Source: a virus. From it: DNA of 64,000 nucleotides. Positions within the stretch are counted from its first letter, which is position 1, and each line of letters begins with the position of its first letter. A program made the translations under genes and the position numbers. Where the stretch lies: positions 32,001 to 96,000 of the IMG/VR virus record IMGVR_UViG_3300005563_000031; one strand, given 5' to 3'. The notes beneath the pieces are model-generated. The model was not told where the DNA came from, did not search any database, and saw only the letters and a program-made list of their open reading frames with translations. Below, in pieces: positions 8,767 through 17,128 of the stretch.

Positions 8767-9278
8767 CGCGTGTCCTTATATGCCCGCTCAATTCTATCAG
8801 CGAGCACAGCGACTTTCGTCGTCAGCAACCCAACCACATCGCGCATCGCATGTCGTTCGGTGCGCTCAACGGCGGCGTTATCCTGGAACTGCCGCATTGC
8901 TTCACCAAACACGCGCTTGTTGTCTTCGTGCATTTCGCGCCGTTCTATGGCCATCTTTTCGAGCTTTTTATCCAACTCCTCGCGCGTCACCATATTGCCC
9001 ATGGCGTTTTCCACGCTGTCGATTTTCTCGGAGAGTTTGTCCACACGTCCTGCATGGCGCAACACGATTAATTGAAGGCAGGTGATGAGCAGCGCCCACA
9101 AGCCGAGCGCTATGAGACTCCAACTTGGTCCGGCATCGCCCGGATTAACTGGTGTCACGTTGTGTACCGTCCTTGGTCGTCGTAGATAAAATACAGCCAC
9201 TTCGGGGTCTGTGTCGTCGCTAGGCGATGCCAGCGGCGGCCACTGATTGCTGTTGACCGATCCTTGGTCGGAATCCAC
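8763..9278 (-). CDS. membrane-anchored coiled-coil protein (lysis region; start uncertain)
   Basis: one TM plus coiled coil; ATGA overlap with holin-like gene. Confidence 0.55.
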   Translation of the reverse strand: MDSDQGSVNSNQWPPLASPSDDTDPEVAVFYLRRPRTVHNVTPVNPGDAGPSWSLIALGLWALLITCLQLIVLRHAGRVDKLSEKIDSVENAMGNMVTREELDKKLEKMAIERREMHEDNKRVFGEAMRQFQDNAAVERTERHAMRDVVGLLTTKVAVLADRIERAYKDTR

Positions 9279-9374
9279 CCCACTATTTCCTCATGCCAAA
9301 GGACTCTTAGGTCCTCGCCATGCTGCCTATAGTATAATTCCACATCGAATATAACACTGGACTTTCTGCAAATC

Positions 9375-10052
9375 ATGGAACGCGAGCCCGTTGATTTTAC
9401 AAAAGGTGCTGAGGAAGTGATCCGCGTGTTGGCAGACGGGAGCAGTTCCGCACGCAAGATACTTAAGGCGCTGCTGAAGACGCAGGACCCGATGAACTCC
9501 TTCATCGACCTTGCCGACATGGAAATGCGCGGCAACCAAATTGCCGTTGCCTTCTTGTACCACGGCGGCGACATACAGCGTTTCACACAGGCGCTGCTGG
9601 ACCGCGATCCGGAAATGGTCAAGTACGTCAACGCAACCGTAACCGGCGTGCCGCCGTGTCGGCGCGGCCCGGATCAAAAGCGCATCTCGCCTGCTGACTT
9701 CGCTGTTCAGAGCGCACTGCAAGCGCAAAAGATGGACAAGGTCACCGAGCGCATGGATGAGGGCGCCGAGCACGTACACAATTTCTTCCTCGGCCTGTTG
9801 AAACAAATGCAGGCGAGCCGCAAATTCACCACCAATATGCGGGTGAACTTAGGCCTCGAGGGCGGGTACATGGGCGTGTTTGTTATCCGCCTCGCGGAGT
9901 TGGTAGATGCAGAAGGCAAGCCGTACGGGCAGCAGCCGCAGGATGAGGCGAAAGCGGTGCAAGAGACTTACGAGCAGATTGCGAAAGAACGCGGCGATGT
10001 CGCGCCGTTGCCCGAAGATGTACAAAAAGCCATAAACGAGGGTCGTTGGTAA
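9375..10052 (+). CDS. hypothetical protein
   Basis: 225-aa ORF; TATAAT upstream at ~9334. Confidence 0.7.
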   Translation: MEREPVDFTKGAEEVIRVLADGSSSARKILKALLKTQDPMNSFIDLADMEMRGNQIAVAFLYHGGDIQRFTQALLDRDPEMVKYVNATVTGVPPCRRGPDQKRISPADFAVQSALQAQKMDKVTERMDEGAEHVHNFFLGLLKQMQASRKFTTNMRVNLGLEGGYMGVFVIRLAELVDAEGKPYGQQPQDEAKAVQETYEQIAKERGDVAPLPEDVQKAINEGRW

Positions 10053-10351
10053 TGCTGTCAATCACTGAAATCATGTCCGCCAAAGCCTACCACGAGCGCG
10101 GATTGCCGCCGGGGGCGATGCGTCGGTGGGCCTTTCTCGTAACGCCCGAGGAGTTGGCAAGCCTCGTCGACGAGTGTGGGAAGCGACCGGAATTGGGGCT
10201 AACACTCGAACCGCAGCAAGCGGCTGATATTAAGGCCGGACGCGCAGCGCTGCATGTTAACGGGCTGATGATCATCCCGGAGTTGATGTCGCCGGAGGAC
10301 TCCAGCGCGCAGTTTGTCAGCATGATGGATCTTCCGCCGGGCAGTGCATGA
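10046..10351 (+). CDS. hypothetical protein
   Basis: tandem overlap with neighbours. Confidence 0.6.
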   Translation: MVMLSITEIMSAKAYHERGLPPGAMRRWAFLVTPEELASLVDECGKRPELGLTLEPQQAADIKAGRAALHVNGLMIIPELMSPEDSSAQFVSMMDLPPGSA

Positions 10352-10665
10352 ACACGTGGGTAGTATCGATTGGTATGCTTGTGTGCTGGGCGATTATTTG
10401 GTTCGTACTGCGCCCCTTTGTACAACAGGAGTTAGCGCGGCGAGCCTCGCGCCACCATCGCCCGCAGCCGCAGGAGCTGTGGTTGCAAGACCACGACATG
10501 CTGCTGTACATCACAAACGTAGGTCCGAACGGTGTGTCTATCGCCTACTACAACGGGCGAACGATTGAACAGTGGACGGATAGCTGGGGGGACTGGGAGC
10601 GGCGCTTACACGCGCGCACAGTCATTTTTACGGGCAAGAAAAGTTTGCTCGCTCCCGGCGCTTAA
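10348..10665 (+). CDS. hypothetical membrane-anchored protein
   Basis: N-terminal hydrophobic helix; ATGA overlap. Confidence 0.65.
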   Translation: MNTWVVSIGMLVCWAIIWFVLRPFVQQELARRASRHHRPQPQELWLQDHDMLLYITNVGPNGVSIAYYNGRTIEQWTDSWGDWERRLHARTVIFTGKKSLLAPGA

Positions 10666-10691
10666 GGTATAGCTCAGGAAGGTAAAAGAAA

Positions 10692-11927
10692 ATGGAAAAA
10701 TGGGAACGGGAGGCTAAAACCTTCGCAAAATGGTGGCACACGGGACAGTACCGTAAGTATACCAACGACACCGTGCCGTACTACCTGCACTGCGGTGCGG
10801 TTGCGCGGTTGCTGAAAACACACGTACCTAGCGCGACGCGCGAAATGATTATCGCAGCGTGGTTACACGACACGCTCGAGGACACGGATGTTACGGCGCT
10901 TGAAATCTACAATACCTTTGGCTCCGTGGTGCTACAGCACGTCGAGGATCTTACCGAGCGTAAGTACCCCGGCTGCGGTCGACGCGAACGCAAAGAGCGG
11001 GAACTCGCACGACTTTCGCAAGTCTCGATTGGATCTAAAACTATTAAGTTAGCTGATCTACTCGACAATGCGAAGGATATACTCGAGAAGGACAAGGATT
11101 TTGCGGTGGTGTACTTGCGCGAGAAACGCGACTTACTTACCTACGCGCTAAAGGACGGCGATCCGGTGCTGTGGGCGTTGTGCGATCGCGTGGTGGAAGA
11201 CGGTTTAAAACTGTTGTCAGAATTTAAGGGGATTTCCAGCATGAAAACGGGCTTAACAGATATCACGTTAATTGTCGATAGATCCGGATCGATGAATAAG
11301 ATTTACAATGACACCATTGGCGGTCTCAATTCCTTTTTGCAATCGCAGCGCGCCGTGGAAGGCGAGGCAGTGTTTTCTGCCGTACAGTTTGATGATAAGT
11401 ACGAACAGGTCGTGACAGGCATCGACATACAACGCGTAACGAATTTCACGCCTGGGTATGACTTTATGCCACGCGGTTCCACAGCACTGTACGATGCGCT
11501 GGGACGCACTATTACGGCTATTGGCGCGCGGTTGAAGGCGTTGTCTGAAGAGGCGCGGCCTGAACGCGTAATGGTCGTGATCGTTACCGACGGCAAAGAG
11601 AACGCGAGCGAGGAATTTACCAAGAAGCAGGTGTTTGATATGATTAAACACCAAACCGACGTGTACAAGTGGGACTTTACCTACATCGGCGCAAACCAGG
11701 ATTCCATGCAGTCTGGAGCTGCTATCGGCATCGCTGCGAGCAAAACGATGGATTACTCGCATACAGGTGTAGGCGCACGGGGTGCCTTCGCTGCTGCATC
11801 TAACTACACGCACAGTTTCCGGGCCGCCCCAACCCGCGAGGCTGCGAGTGCGAGTGCATTCACGGCCGAGGATCGCAAAGCGGCGGCGGGCGATAGTGCG
11901 GGACTTAAGCCGGACAGTACCGTTTAA
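10692..11927 (+). CDS. RelA/SpoT-type HD hydrolase (small alarmone hydrolase-like) in frame with a vWA domain
   Basis: H.GQYRK...PY..H, AAWLHDTLEDT, IKLADLLDN; vWA MIDAS DRSGSM, PRGSTALYDA, VIVTDGKEN. Confidence 0.85.
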   Translation: MEKWEREAKTFAKWWHTGQYRKYTNDTVPYYLHCGAVARLLKTHVPSATREMIIAAWLHDTLEDTDVTALEIYNTFGSVVLQHVEDLTERKYPGCGRRERKERELARLSQVSIGSKTIKLADLLDNAKDILEKDKDFAVVYLREKRDLLTYALKDGDPVLWALCDRVVEDGLKLLSEFKGISSMKTGLTDITLIVDRSGSMNKIYNDTIGGLNSFLQSQRAVEGEAVFSAVQFDDKYEQVVTGIDIQRVTNFTPGYDFMPRGSTALYDALGRTITAIGARLKALSEEARPERVMVVIVTDGKENASEEFTKKQVFDMIKHQTDVYKWDFTYIGANQDSMQSGAAIGIAASKTMDYSHTGVGARGAFAAASNYTHSFRAAPTREAASASAFTAEDRKAAAGDSAGLKPDSTV

Positions 11928-11969
11928 TAACACCCGCACTCCTCCTCTCTTATCATAGAAGGGTAACGT

Positions 11970-13475
11970 ATGGTCACTGCAGTAAAGGTACAAGGTAATG
12001 CGCTCGTAGACGGCGACGGTACGCCGCTACAGCTGCGCGGTGTAAACTGTTCGGCGCTCGAATTCGTGGCGATCCAATACGCCTCCGCATCCCCCAAAAC
12101 CAACTTCGATAACTGGGGCGGCCAAAAGCCGAATCTCAGCGCTGTCAAGTCCTGGGGCGCCAACAGCATCCGTGTGCCTCTCAACGAGCAAAGTTACCTT
12201 GGACTCGTATGCACTGACCAAACCGGTGCGCAACTTTTGGCAGATCCGGGCGGTAACTACCGCAGTGCTGTGAAAGCGATCGTGGACAGTGCGACCGCAT
12301 TGGGGTTGGCGGTGATTTTGGACTTGCACAAGAACACCGCCAACTTCACACCGGCCGGCGCCAGTACGGCAGTGCCTGGCTTGTCCAACACGAGCGGACA
12401 GTCGGAGATGGCGGATGCCGACCACAGCTACGACTTCTGGTCGGCGGTTGCGAACGATTACAAAACCTACCCCAACGTGCTGTTTGACCTCTTTAACGAG
12501 CCGCATATTGACAATTTCCAAAATCCCAGCACTTTCTCACCAAACCCCGGCACTAGCTTGCCGGCAGGACTGAACACCGAAGCGGCATGGGCGTGGGCTG
12601 TGTGGCGCGACGGGGGCACCGGTAAGCTGATCTACGCCAACAACCAGACCTACTCGCAGAACTATGCCTCTGCCGGCATGCAGGCCATGTTGGATGCCGT
12701 GCGCGCGACCGGCGCCACGAACATATGCATGGCGGGCGGGGTATCGTGGGCGCAAGACCTTGCGTTGTGGACGCAGTTTTGTCCCATCGATCCGATCAAA
12801 CAACTGGCGTGCTCGTGGCATGCGTACCCGAGCCAACAGAACCCCGCCTACCCGAGCTATCCGCCGGGCACGTGGTGGGGGCAGCCGAAGGGCTCGTTTG
12901 ATTACGCAGCCGACATTCTCGCCGCCGGCTACCCGATCATTATCGGCGAAACAGGAGACGATCCCAACAACCAACTCATGCCTGTACTGTTGCCGTGGGC
13001 GGATGCGCACAAAGTATCTGTTACCGCGTGGACATGGGATGTGGGGTGGGGGAATGATTCACTCATTGCGGATGCGAGTGGCACACCTGTAAACACCGGC
13101 ATCGCGTACAAACAATGGCTTCAAACGCACACCTCCGGAGGTACTCCTGTGTCCACTACCCAAAATGCAGCCCTGTCGATCGCCTACAACAGCGTGGCCG
13201 GTTTCCCGGCGGGCAGCGTCGTTGACCACATCAACGTTGCACTTACGGCGAAAAACAACACCGCCAACACCCCGCCTGCCAAAAACGTCGCGCCCGGCAC
13301 TGCCAATGTGACCTTCACAGGACTCGCACCGGACACGTACCAAATTGCCGTGCAAGCAATGCCAGCGACGGGCAGCGGGTTTGGCACGCCGGCAAGCGGC
13401 TCGATTACCATTACGCAAGTCAACACCACTATCTCGTTGTCGCTGCCAAGCACTGTCACTGCTACACAGCCGTAA
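11970..13475 (+). CDS. glycoside hydrolase family 5 (cellulase-like) with C-terminal Ig/FN3-like domain
   Basis: LRGVN, WGANSIRVPL, VILDLH, catalytic FNEP and IIGETG, AWTW. Confidence 0.9.
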   Translation: MVTAVKVQGNALVDGDGTPLQLRGVNCSALEFVAIQYASASPKTNFDNWGGQKPNLSAVKSWGANSIRVPLNEQSYLGLVCTDQTGAQLLADPGGNYRSAVKAIVDSATALGLAVILDLHKNTANFTPAGASTAVPGLSNTSGQSEMADADHSYDFWSAVANDYKTYPNVLFDLFNEPHIDNFQNPSTFSPNPGTSLPAGLNTEAAWAWAVWRDGGTGKLIYANNQTYSQNYASAGMQAMLDAVRATGATNICMAGGVSWAQDLALWTQFCPIDPIKQLACSWHAYPSQQNPAYPSYPPGTWWGQPKGSFDYAADILAAGYPIIIGETGDDPNNQLMPVLLPWADAHKVSVTAWTWDVGWGNDSLIADASGTPVNTGIAYKQWLQTHTSGGTPVSTTQNAALSIAYNSVAGFPAGSVVDHINVALTAKNNTANTPPAKNVAPGTANVTFTGLAPDTYQIAVQAMPATGSGFGTPASGSITITQVNTTISLSLPSTVTATQP

Positions 13476-13738
13476 TGGGTCTTCGAACGACCGTTGCAGG
13501 ATTGGAACAGTGGGCAATCTTGCGCGACGTGTCACTGGATTTGCCCAAGCCGGGTGTGCTCAAAGCATGTCCGTTTTGCGGGCATCCGGCCGCATTTGCT
13601 GACAATAGCAAGCGCTACCAAGGACACGACAAGTACGTTATTGCCGTGTCCTGTTCCAACACGAGCTGCGGTGTGGTGACGCCGGGTCACTACACCACAC
13701 GAGAGACTGCGGCCGAGGCGTGGAACCGGCGCGTGTAA
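13475..13738 (+). CDS. Lar-family (restriction alleviation-like) zinc protein
   Basis: LKACPFCG...C..SCG...TRETAAEAWNRR. Confidence 0.75.
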   Translation: MGLRTTVAGLEQWAILRDVSLDLPKPGVLKACPFCGHPAAFADNSKRYQGHDKYVIAVSCSNTSCGVVTPGHYTTRETAAEAWNRRV

Positions 13739-13759
13739 CAATTCGGTGACATTTGGTGT

Positions 13760-13835
13760 TGGATCACCCGGATGGAATCGAACCATCATGTACGATGTTC
13801 AAAGCATCGTTGGGATACCAGTAACCCACAGGTGA
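13760..13835 (-). tRNA. tRNA-Gln(TTG)
   Basis: anticodon arm CGATG-CTTTGAA-CATCG; encoded CCA. Confidence 0.9.
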
Positions 13836-13974
13836 AAAATGAGTCGATTTGAACGTGTGGTGATCCAACTGCTGATCATTATCGCTAATAGGGTAGCGCG
13901 CAGTGCATCACCTGCAGACAGAATAAACATCGATCACGACGGGTGGCCGATGTACGGCGACAAACCCTTTTAAA

Positions 13975-14050
13975 TGGATCAGGCGGTTGGAATCGAACCA
14001 ACGTGAACTGCGTTCAGAGCGCAGTGGGGATGCCAGCAACCCACACCTGA
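13975..14050 (-). tRNA. tRNA-Gln(CTG)
   Basis: CTGCG-CTCTGAA-CGCAG; CCA. Confidence 0.9.
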
Positions 14051-14227
14051 GAATTTCTATGACAACAGAGAAAACTGCTATTTGCGGAGCGATCCGGCCT
14101 CAAGAAAAGCCTACGTGCCGACGTTCGCAAAAGATTGGCGGGCCGCGCTATGTTTGTGGACGCGAACCGAAGCACGAGGGGCCGTGCGGCTGCTGGCGGT
14201 TTTTGTCGCAGGTCGCTGCTGCGAAAT

Positions 14228-14299
14228 TGGCGGGAAGGTAAGGAGTTGCACCCTACTTTTGGGGTTTGGAGTCCCATAGCTCGCTCCGAGCACCGACCC
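14228..14299 (-). tRNA. tRNA-Trp(CCA), atypical
   Basis: loop CTCCAAA; two acceptor mismatches; TGCAA T-loop; CCA. Confidence 0.7.
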
Positions 14300-14307
14300 G
14301 TGAAACT

Positions 14308-14670
14308 ATGCCTATCTACGGTAGTCTAACACTACGCGCACGAATACTGGCAAACGATGAGCCGGCGTGGTTGAAAAAGCACGCACGCCGCGATTACATC
14401 GTGCAAGTACATCTTGCCACACCACGCTGGTACTCGCGTAAAGAAGTCGTACGGCTTAAGCAGAAGGCGCACGAGCTGTCGAAAGCGAAACGACGCAAGT
14501 ACGTACTGGACCACATCATCCCCCTCACACACAAGCGCGTATGCGGTTTAAACGTACACCACAATATGCAAATCATCGATGCCGGCACGAATGCGCGCAA
14601 ATCCAATCACTGGTGCGAGTGGCACGGGGAGTTATTCGCGGAACCTGAGCAGTTTCCACTGTTTCGATAG
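14308..14670 (+). CDS. HNH endonuclease, antisense within tRNA array
   Basis: LDHIIPL...VCGLNVHHNMQII...NARKSN. Confidence 0.85.
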   Translation: MPIYGSLTLRARILANDEPAWLKKHARRDYIVQVHLATPRWYSRKEVVRLKQKAHELSKAKRRKYVLDHIIPLTHKRVCGLNVHHNMQIIDAGTNARKSNHWCEWHGELFAEPEQFPLFR

Positions 14671-14758
14671 CGTGCCGGGCGCCGCGTGCCCATCGGTGCT
14701 AGGAAGTTTTGTGGCCCGCAAGCGGGGAAGATTCCTACGACGGGACGCCCATGCACTC

Positions 14759-14847
14759 TGGCGGAAGGCAGTGAACTCGAATCACAAACGCTTATCGCGT
14801 TCCATCCGCTTTCCAAGCGGCTCGAGGCCCTGCCTCGTTTACCTTCC
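14759..14847 (-). tRNA. tRNA-Ser(GGA)
   Basis: loop TTGGAAA, long V-arm, G73-CCA. Confidence 0.85.
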
Positions 14848-14852
14848 AATGT

Positions 14853-14941
14853 TGGCGGATACCGTAGGAGTCGAACCTACACGGCCCGTTAAGACCCTAA
14901 CACCGCTTTCAAGGCGGGCGAGCGCGCCAGTGCGGGTATCC
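14853..14941 (-). tRNA. tRNA-Ser(TGA), reduced D-arm
   Basis: loop CTTGAAA, long V-arm, G73-CCA. Confidence 0.75.
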
Positions 14942-15015
14942 GAAAAGTAGGTGAGGCCCGGTGCAGCGGATAGCACTTGGACAGGTGCGTCCACACCGGG
15001 GGTCACCGAGCAGCT

Positions 15016-15059
15016 GAACCGGAACTGCGCTTGTTCCTTACTGGCCTTTCGGCCGGTTC
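15016..15059 (-). ncRNA. three-way-junction motif, copy 1
   Basis: GAACC-GGCCGAAAGGCC-AGTAA-[GGAAC/GTTCC]-GGTTC. Confidence 0.6.
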
Positions 15060-15172
15060 GTTTGCGAGTATAAGGGCACTTGCGCGCGGGTGCAGTCGCT
15101 TACTGCACCTTGCGTCACGACCAACGCGCAGCAGGAGCGACACTGCCGCCATGGCGTCTAGCAAGTGTTTTC

Positions 15173-15260
15173 TGGCGGATGGCAATGGAGTCGAACCACA
15201 AGCGCTTGCGCACTCCATCTGTTTTCGAGGCAGTGCTGACACCGTGTCAGTTTACCATCC
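15173..15260 (-). tRNA. tRNA-Ser(CGA)
   Basis: loop CTCGAAA, V-arm, CCA. Confidence 0.85.
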
Positions 15261-15373
15261 GTAAAATCTAAGGCGGTTAGGTTTAAGTAGGGGGCAAACC
15301 CTTACCCGGCGCCGGGCCCAGCATCACCGCAAGCCCCTACCAGTCTTGACCAGCAAGTACCGGTAGGAATGTT

Positions 15374-15462
15374 TGGCGGAAAGCAGTGTACTCGAAACAC
15401 ACACCCGTTAGGATGCCCTCTGTTTAGCAAACAGGTACGAGCGCCTGCCCGTTTTACTTTCC
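15374..15462 (-). tRNA. tRNA-Ser(GCT)
   Basis: loop TTGCTAA, V-arm, CCA. Confidence 0.85.
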
Positions 15463-15468
15463 GTAAAT

Positions 15469-15547
15469 TGGTCCCCGCAGCAGCTTGGGGAGCTGCGACC
15501 GTCCGGTTAAAAGCCGGATGCTCTTCACCCGTGTGAGCTATACGAGG
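15469..15547 (-). tRNA. tRNA-Lys(TTT), non-canonical 6-nt T-loop
   Basis: TCCGG-CTTTTAA-CCGGA; T-arm GCAGC-TCCCAA-GCTGC; CCA. Confidence 0.75.
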
Positions 15548-15553
15548 AATGTT

Positions 15554-15629
15554 TGGTGCTCAGTGATGGAGTTGAACCATCTATCTCCGCGTTACGAATG
15601 CGGCGCATCGCCGGCAATGCTTACCGAGC
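15554..15629 (-). tRNA. tRNA-Thr(CGT)
   Basis: loop TTCGTAA; CCA. Confidence 0.85.
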
Positions 15630-15743
15630 TTATCGGAATAAGAAGACTGTACCAAACATGCTCGCACCATCGGCAGCAAAACACCGCGCGCCATCCTCGT
15701 AGTCGTTTGCCGCACTGTCTGCAGTTCATGTTGGAATTATACA

Positions 15744-15818
15744 TGGAGCCCCACGTTGGACTTGCGCCAACCCTCGCTACTTACAAGGCAGCTACACCGC
15801 TATCTGTGTTTGTAGGGC
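15744..15818 (-). tRNA. tRNA-Thr(TGT)
   Basis: GCTGC-CTTGTAA-GTAGC; CCA. Confidence 0.85.
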
Positions 15819-15883
15819 GAAAAGTACCGCCGAGCCCCTGTGCACACGCAGGTATTGGAAAGGCCCGGCGGATTTTGCAATTA

Positions 15884-15924
15884 GAACCAGACGCTGGCGC
15901 CTTTACTGGCCTTTCGGCCGGTTC
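15884..15924 (-). ncRNA. three-way-junction motif, copy 2
   Basis: 22 nt identical to copy 1; different but paired third stem AGGCG/CGTCT. Confidence 0.6.
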
Positions 15925-15943
15925 AATATGCATACTAACATGT

Positions 15944-16019
15944 TGGTGCCTCACCGACGAATTGCACGTCGCGCCTCATCTTTACCAAAGATGCGTTCCG
16001 CTCGCAGAACTTGAGAGGC
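15944..16019 (-). tRNA. tRNA-Thr(GGT)
   Basis: CATCT-TTGGTAA-AGATG; CCA. Confidence 0.85.
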
Positions 16020-16026
16020 AGTAAAT

Positions 16027-16100
16027 TGGCCTCCACGGTTGGACTCGAACCAACAACAGCAAGCCTTCGGAGGGCTCGCGCCGTATCCGACGGCGTGGAG
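16027..16100 (-). tRNA. tRNA-Arg(CCG), short D-arm
   Basis: loop CTCCGAA; CCA. Confidence 0.75.
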
Positions 16101-16107
16101 TTTAAAG

Positions 16108-16181
16108 TGGCACCCCCGGTTGGACTCGAACCAACATATCTGCCGTTCGTAGCGGCGGATCCTTGTTCCGAAGGCAGGGGC
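16108..16181 (-). tRNA. tRNA-Arg(ACG), short D-arm
   Basis: loop CTACGAA; CCA. Confidence 0.75.
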
Positions 16182-16266
16182 GTAGAAAACTGTCCGGCGG
16201 CAGTAGGCGCGAGTACGGCTTGCGCTTTCGCCGCGCACTTACCTTAAAGGCCTGCCGGTATGGCCG

Positions 16267-16437
16267 TTACACCGGTTTGTAAAGGGCTTGGTAGTAAAAT
16301 AAATGGTTTAGCGTGTCTGAACACAGGCGCTCGCACACTGCCACACCACCGGCCAATAACCACCCTTTGTTTAGGTAGTCAGTGACTTCGTTATTAAAGT
16401 ACTGCAAGTTTGTGTTACTTACTACGATGTATTTCAA
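16267..16437 (-). CDS. DUF1737-like small protein (56 aa, not in ORF track)
   Basis: TTG start; MKYIVVS...EVTDYLNKGWLLAGGVAV...YYQALYK. Confidence 0.7.
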   Translation of the reverse strand: MKYIVVSNTNLQYFNNEVTDYLNKGWLLAGGVAVCERLCSDTLNHLFYYQALYKPV

Positions 16438-16440
16438 TGT

Positions 16441-16536
16441 TGGTACTCGATGTAGGATTTGAACCTAACCCGTTGCAGCCAGTCCGACCGCTCTCGCACG
16501 CTTATAAGGCGCACCCGCACACCAGTGCTATCGAGT
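16441..16536 (-). tRNA. tRNA with TAT (Ile) anticodon and long variable arm
   Basis: TGCGC-CTTATAA-GCGTG; ~29-nt variable region; D tetraloop; A73-CCA. Confidence 0.7.
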
Positions 16537-16635
16537 ATTGCTCCTTTCCGAGGGGCGGCGGGCAGTGTAGTTAGCGACGCTACACTGAGTTGGGAGCTAC
16601 CCAACCAACCCCGCAGGCCCCTCGTACTTCTTTGT

Positions 16636-16710
16636 TGCGGTAGCTGGACTTGCACCAGCCTTAAATCGGCTTATGAAACCGTGGCGAAACTACCTTCGAC
16701 CATATACCGC
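16636..16710 (-). tRNA. tRNA-Met/Ile2(CAT), no encoded CCA
   Basis: loop TTCATAA; TGCAA T-loop; ends A-ACA. Confidence 0.65.
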
Positions 16711-16883
16711 AAAATTGTGCCCGCTTCGCTTTTCATTTCGTGGCAACGGACTAACACGCGGTGGCACCTATCAGCTCCCTACATGCATGCAACGCATTTG
16801 GGCGGGGATGGAGGCAGGGGTTAGGGAATGCGCATGTCTAGAATACGCCAATACACCTAAAGCCGTACCAACACCCCCATACC

Positions 16884-16958
16884 TGGTAGCGGGAGAGGGA
16901 TTCGAACCCCCGACCTTCTGGTTATGAGCCAGACGAGCTACCTCTGCTCTATCCCGCA
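16884..16958 (-). tRNA. initiator-like tRNA-fMet(CAT)
   Basis: 1:72 mismatch, TCTGG-CTCATAA-CCAGA, CCA. Confidence 0.85.
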
Positions 16959-17128
16959 TCAAACAATGCCGCGTTCCTCTTATATACCGGATACGCGGCC
17001 AACCCGGTATTGCAATTCGAGGAGGTGCTGTTGGGACTATCCTACAGGAGAACAAAGGACAGACCGGACTTATGGACGCTACGTGTCCCAACAGCACCGA
17101 CAACCGAACTATACAGCGAACTTTGAAT

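Noticed and set aside
15016-15924. Hammerhead ribozyme suggested by GGCCGAAAGGCC
   Set aside because: No CUGAUGA or GAAA catalytic core flanking the stem on either strand
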